Below, piece by piece: positions 60,745-64,000 of a stretch of 64,000 bases of DNA (the first letter of the stretch is position 1; every line of letters starts with the position of its first letter). The position numbers and the translations under genes were made by a program. Where the stretch lies: contig CM052824.1 of assembly GCA_028534125.1 (NCBI GenBank), positions 60,760,001-60,824,000 of the forward strand, given 5' to 3'. The stretch is from Lama glama (Eukaryota). The notes beneath the pieces were generated by a model that was not told the DNA's origin, made no database searches, and saw only the letters and a program-made list of their open reading frames with translations.

Positions 60745-61237
60745 TTTAAAAGGCAAGTGTCAGAAACCACACATGCAGATACACGCACACCTATGTTCAA
60801 AGCAGCATGTCTCACGACCGTCAAACGTGGAAACAGTGCAGGTGTCGATGGACGGAGGGCAGACAGACAAACCGCCGTGTCTGAGCAGTGGAATGTTACT
60901 CAGCCATAAAAAGGAAGGAGATTCTGATACATCTGAGGCTAAGCCCCAGAAACACTATACTTAGTAGGAACAGGCAGACACAAAAGGTCACGGATCGCAT
61001 GACTAACTTTGTGTGAAATTTGCAGAGTAGGCAAATGTGTGAAGACAGAGCAGACGCGGTTTCCGGAGCTGCAGGAGGGGCACGGGTACAGGGTCTCCTT
61101 TTGGGGGTGAAACGAGTTGGAGCACGGTAGAGGTGATGTTTGCACAACATTGTGAATGCACTAAATGCCGCAGAATTGTTCACTTTTAAATGGTTGATTT
61201 TCTGTGCTGTGAACCTCACCCCAATTTAAAAACAAAA
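60745..61237 (+). mobile_element. L1MB-like 3' fragment in GABRD intron 4
   Basis: cacctatgttcaaagcagc...ggaatgttactcagccataaaaagg...gttcacttttaaatggttgattttctgtgctgtgaacctcacc. Confidence 0.8.
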
Positions 61238-61402
61238 GGGCACGTGTTAGCCAAAAAGCGGCATCCGCTGGCTTCCCGCCAGCAGCCTCTGCGGGCCACG
61301 TTTCCTGAGCAGCTGCCGGCTGCCGGAGGTTATAAATAACGCCGCCCAGCTCCAAGCAGAGCCCGGGTTTTCTCCGCGGGGGCGGGCCGGGCCCAGGGCT
61401 CA

Positions 61403-61954
<552 letters not shown>

Positions 61955-61957
61955 CTA

Positions 61958-62206
<249 letters not shown>

Positions 62207-62914
62207 TCACAGAGGTAGGGGACCAGGGTCAGAGACTGTCCTGGGCACTTAGGCCAGCAGGGACAGGGAGGAGGCCCACCAGGCTGGACCCAGCCAGTCC
62301 TGGGAATTCACACCAGAGGCCCAGGGAGGTCCAGGTCCCAGGGCTCCTCGACCTCTTCCCCCGGCCCCAACCACCAGCCTTGAGGGAGGCTGCTCGAGTC
62401 AGACAGAGGCCAGTCAAGGTTGAGTACCCAGGCTCTTCCATAACCAGCCCAGCGTTCCCAACTCAGGGTCCCTCAACAAATAGGCCTCGGAGGACCCCAA
62501 CAAGAGAGCATGGCCTGCCTTTTAGCTTCTGAGGGCAAAGTGTCCTGTAGGAGATGACTTGGGAGAAAAAGCATGTGACCAGGAGGCTGAGGGCTGGGAG
62601 AGGGAGAGAGTGGGTGAGGTCCCAAATCTGGGACCCAGGGTCAGGCCAAGAACCCACAGGGCGGCTGCAGTCCGGCCTCCTGCTCTCAGTGCCTTCCCAG
62701 GCGGGTCCCAGAGGCCCCCAAATCACCATGTGTTTAGCCTGAGTCCAGAGCAGCAGGGGGCCATGCACGCTGGTTGCAGGCTAATGCCACTGACAACCTG
62801 TGCTGGTCAGGTCTGTCACTGGCGGGGCTGTAGAAGGTGACCCCACACACACACACCGACTGCCAGACGCTTCCCAGTAGCTCTGCCGCCCTCCCCTCCT
62901 GCTGCTCACCCGTC

Positions 62915-63010
62915 CTGCGGTGAACAGTGTCATCCAAATTCATGTCCACCCAGAACCTCAGAACAGGACCTCATTGGGAAAGGGAGGCTCTGCAGACGTG
63001 ATGAGTCAAG
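62915..63010 (+). mobile_element. MLT1B-like LTR 5' fragment
   Basis: ccaaattcatgtccacccagaacctcagaac, nearly identical to the start of the LTR at 55071. Confidence 0.7.
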
Positions 63011-64000
63011 AAGCTGTCCTAATCACCCATCTATTCATCCACCCAGACCCCGTGGTGCCATCCCATTCTAGGCACGTGACTGAGCCAGGACAAGGACAGT
63101 TGTGGCACAGGCCCACGTGGAGGTCGGCGTCTGTGATAAAGCAAGTGGCTCTAAGTGTGGTGAAGGTACAGAAAGGGGACGCCAGGAGCCCCGTGGCCGG
63201 GGAGGACGGGACAGCATCTCCGGGAAAGTGACATTGGAGCCCCAAGGGGGAGAATATGAATCTGGGGGAAGGTTGGTGGTGGGAGGCAGGTGAGGGTCCC
63301 CGTGTGGGGCCCGGAGGCAGCGGGAGGCAGCGGGGTGAGGAGGGAGGAAGAGCGGCCTGCGGAACCCACCCAGGGTCAAGGGGAACCACCGCTCTCACCA
63401 GGATGAGACTCCCAGCTTTAAACCACGATCCTGGTGAGGGAAGGGTGAGAAGTGTCCTGGGAGCGGAGAGAGAGCAAACCGGGGGCCGTCACAGAGGCTG
63501 AGGGTGACGTGGGGCTGGACTGGCAGAGCAGCGGAGGGACGGAGGCTGACACCCCAGGACAGGAGGGGACCTGGCCTGGACTGCGGGAGGGACAGTGGGT
63601 GGGAGGGGCTGGGGGAGCAGGTTATGCTGCTGAGTTTGTGCAGCAGGGCGTCCAAGGGTCCTCTCCAGCGGGCTCGAGGAGCACCAGCAAGAGGTCGCCC
63701 AGACCCCGTACCCCAGTCTGTCTCATACGCTGGCCTGTGAGGAAGGGGAAACTTGCAAACCCTGATCCATCCCGTAGACCCTCCAGGCGGTGGCTGGGCT
63801 GAGCGTGTGGACAGGGCAGGTGCTTTGGTAACAAAGTATAAGAAGGAATTAAATGAAACCCTAATCCCAAGTAAAGCACAATTTAAAAATGCAAATGGAG
63901 ATCACCCTGAAGGTTGGATGTAAAGGGACTCAAATTAGGCTTGATTTTTGGACTAGCCCAGCTGCCATCTTGAGGCCGTGGCTGACCTGCCTGGAACGAT

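Overview
Very GC-rich mammalian genomic DNA, probably camelid (camel/alpaca/llama), judged from three tRNA-derived vic-1-type SINEs. It is syntenic with the human GABRD-PRKCZ region, and both genes lie on the minus strand. The window holds GABRD exons 2-9 (GABA-A receptor delta subunit; exon 1 lies beyond 64000) and a ~13 kb intergenic stretch with a strong CTCF-like site. It also holds the PRKCZ CpG-island promoter, PRKCZ coding exons 1-4 (PB1 domain) and ~37.8 kb of the large PRKCZ intron 4; exon 5 lies off the left edge. Intron 4 contains the internal promoter and non-coding first exon of the neuronal PKMzeta transcript, with a perfect CRE and three uORFs. The most notable observations are: (i) a PRKCZ uORF in optimal Kozak context, in frame with the main ORF and ending in a readthrough-type UGA-CGG; (ii) three CACCTG-CCAAT composite promoter elements; (iii) old AT-rich repeats (Tigger1, L1M, HAL1) shifted so far toward G/C that one now mimics a CpG island; (iv) a possible decayed antisense multi-exon gene remnant in intron 4; (v) a second candidate intronic promoter; (vi) unusual residues next to the GABRD Cys-loop. 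Most ORFs in the supplied track are spurious products of high GC content. Repeat and orthologue comparisons are from remembered consensus sequences, not from a search.
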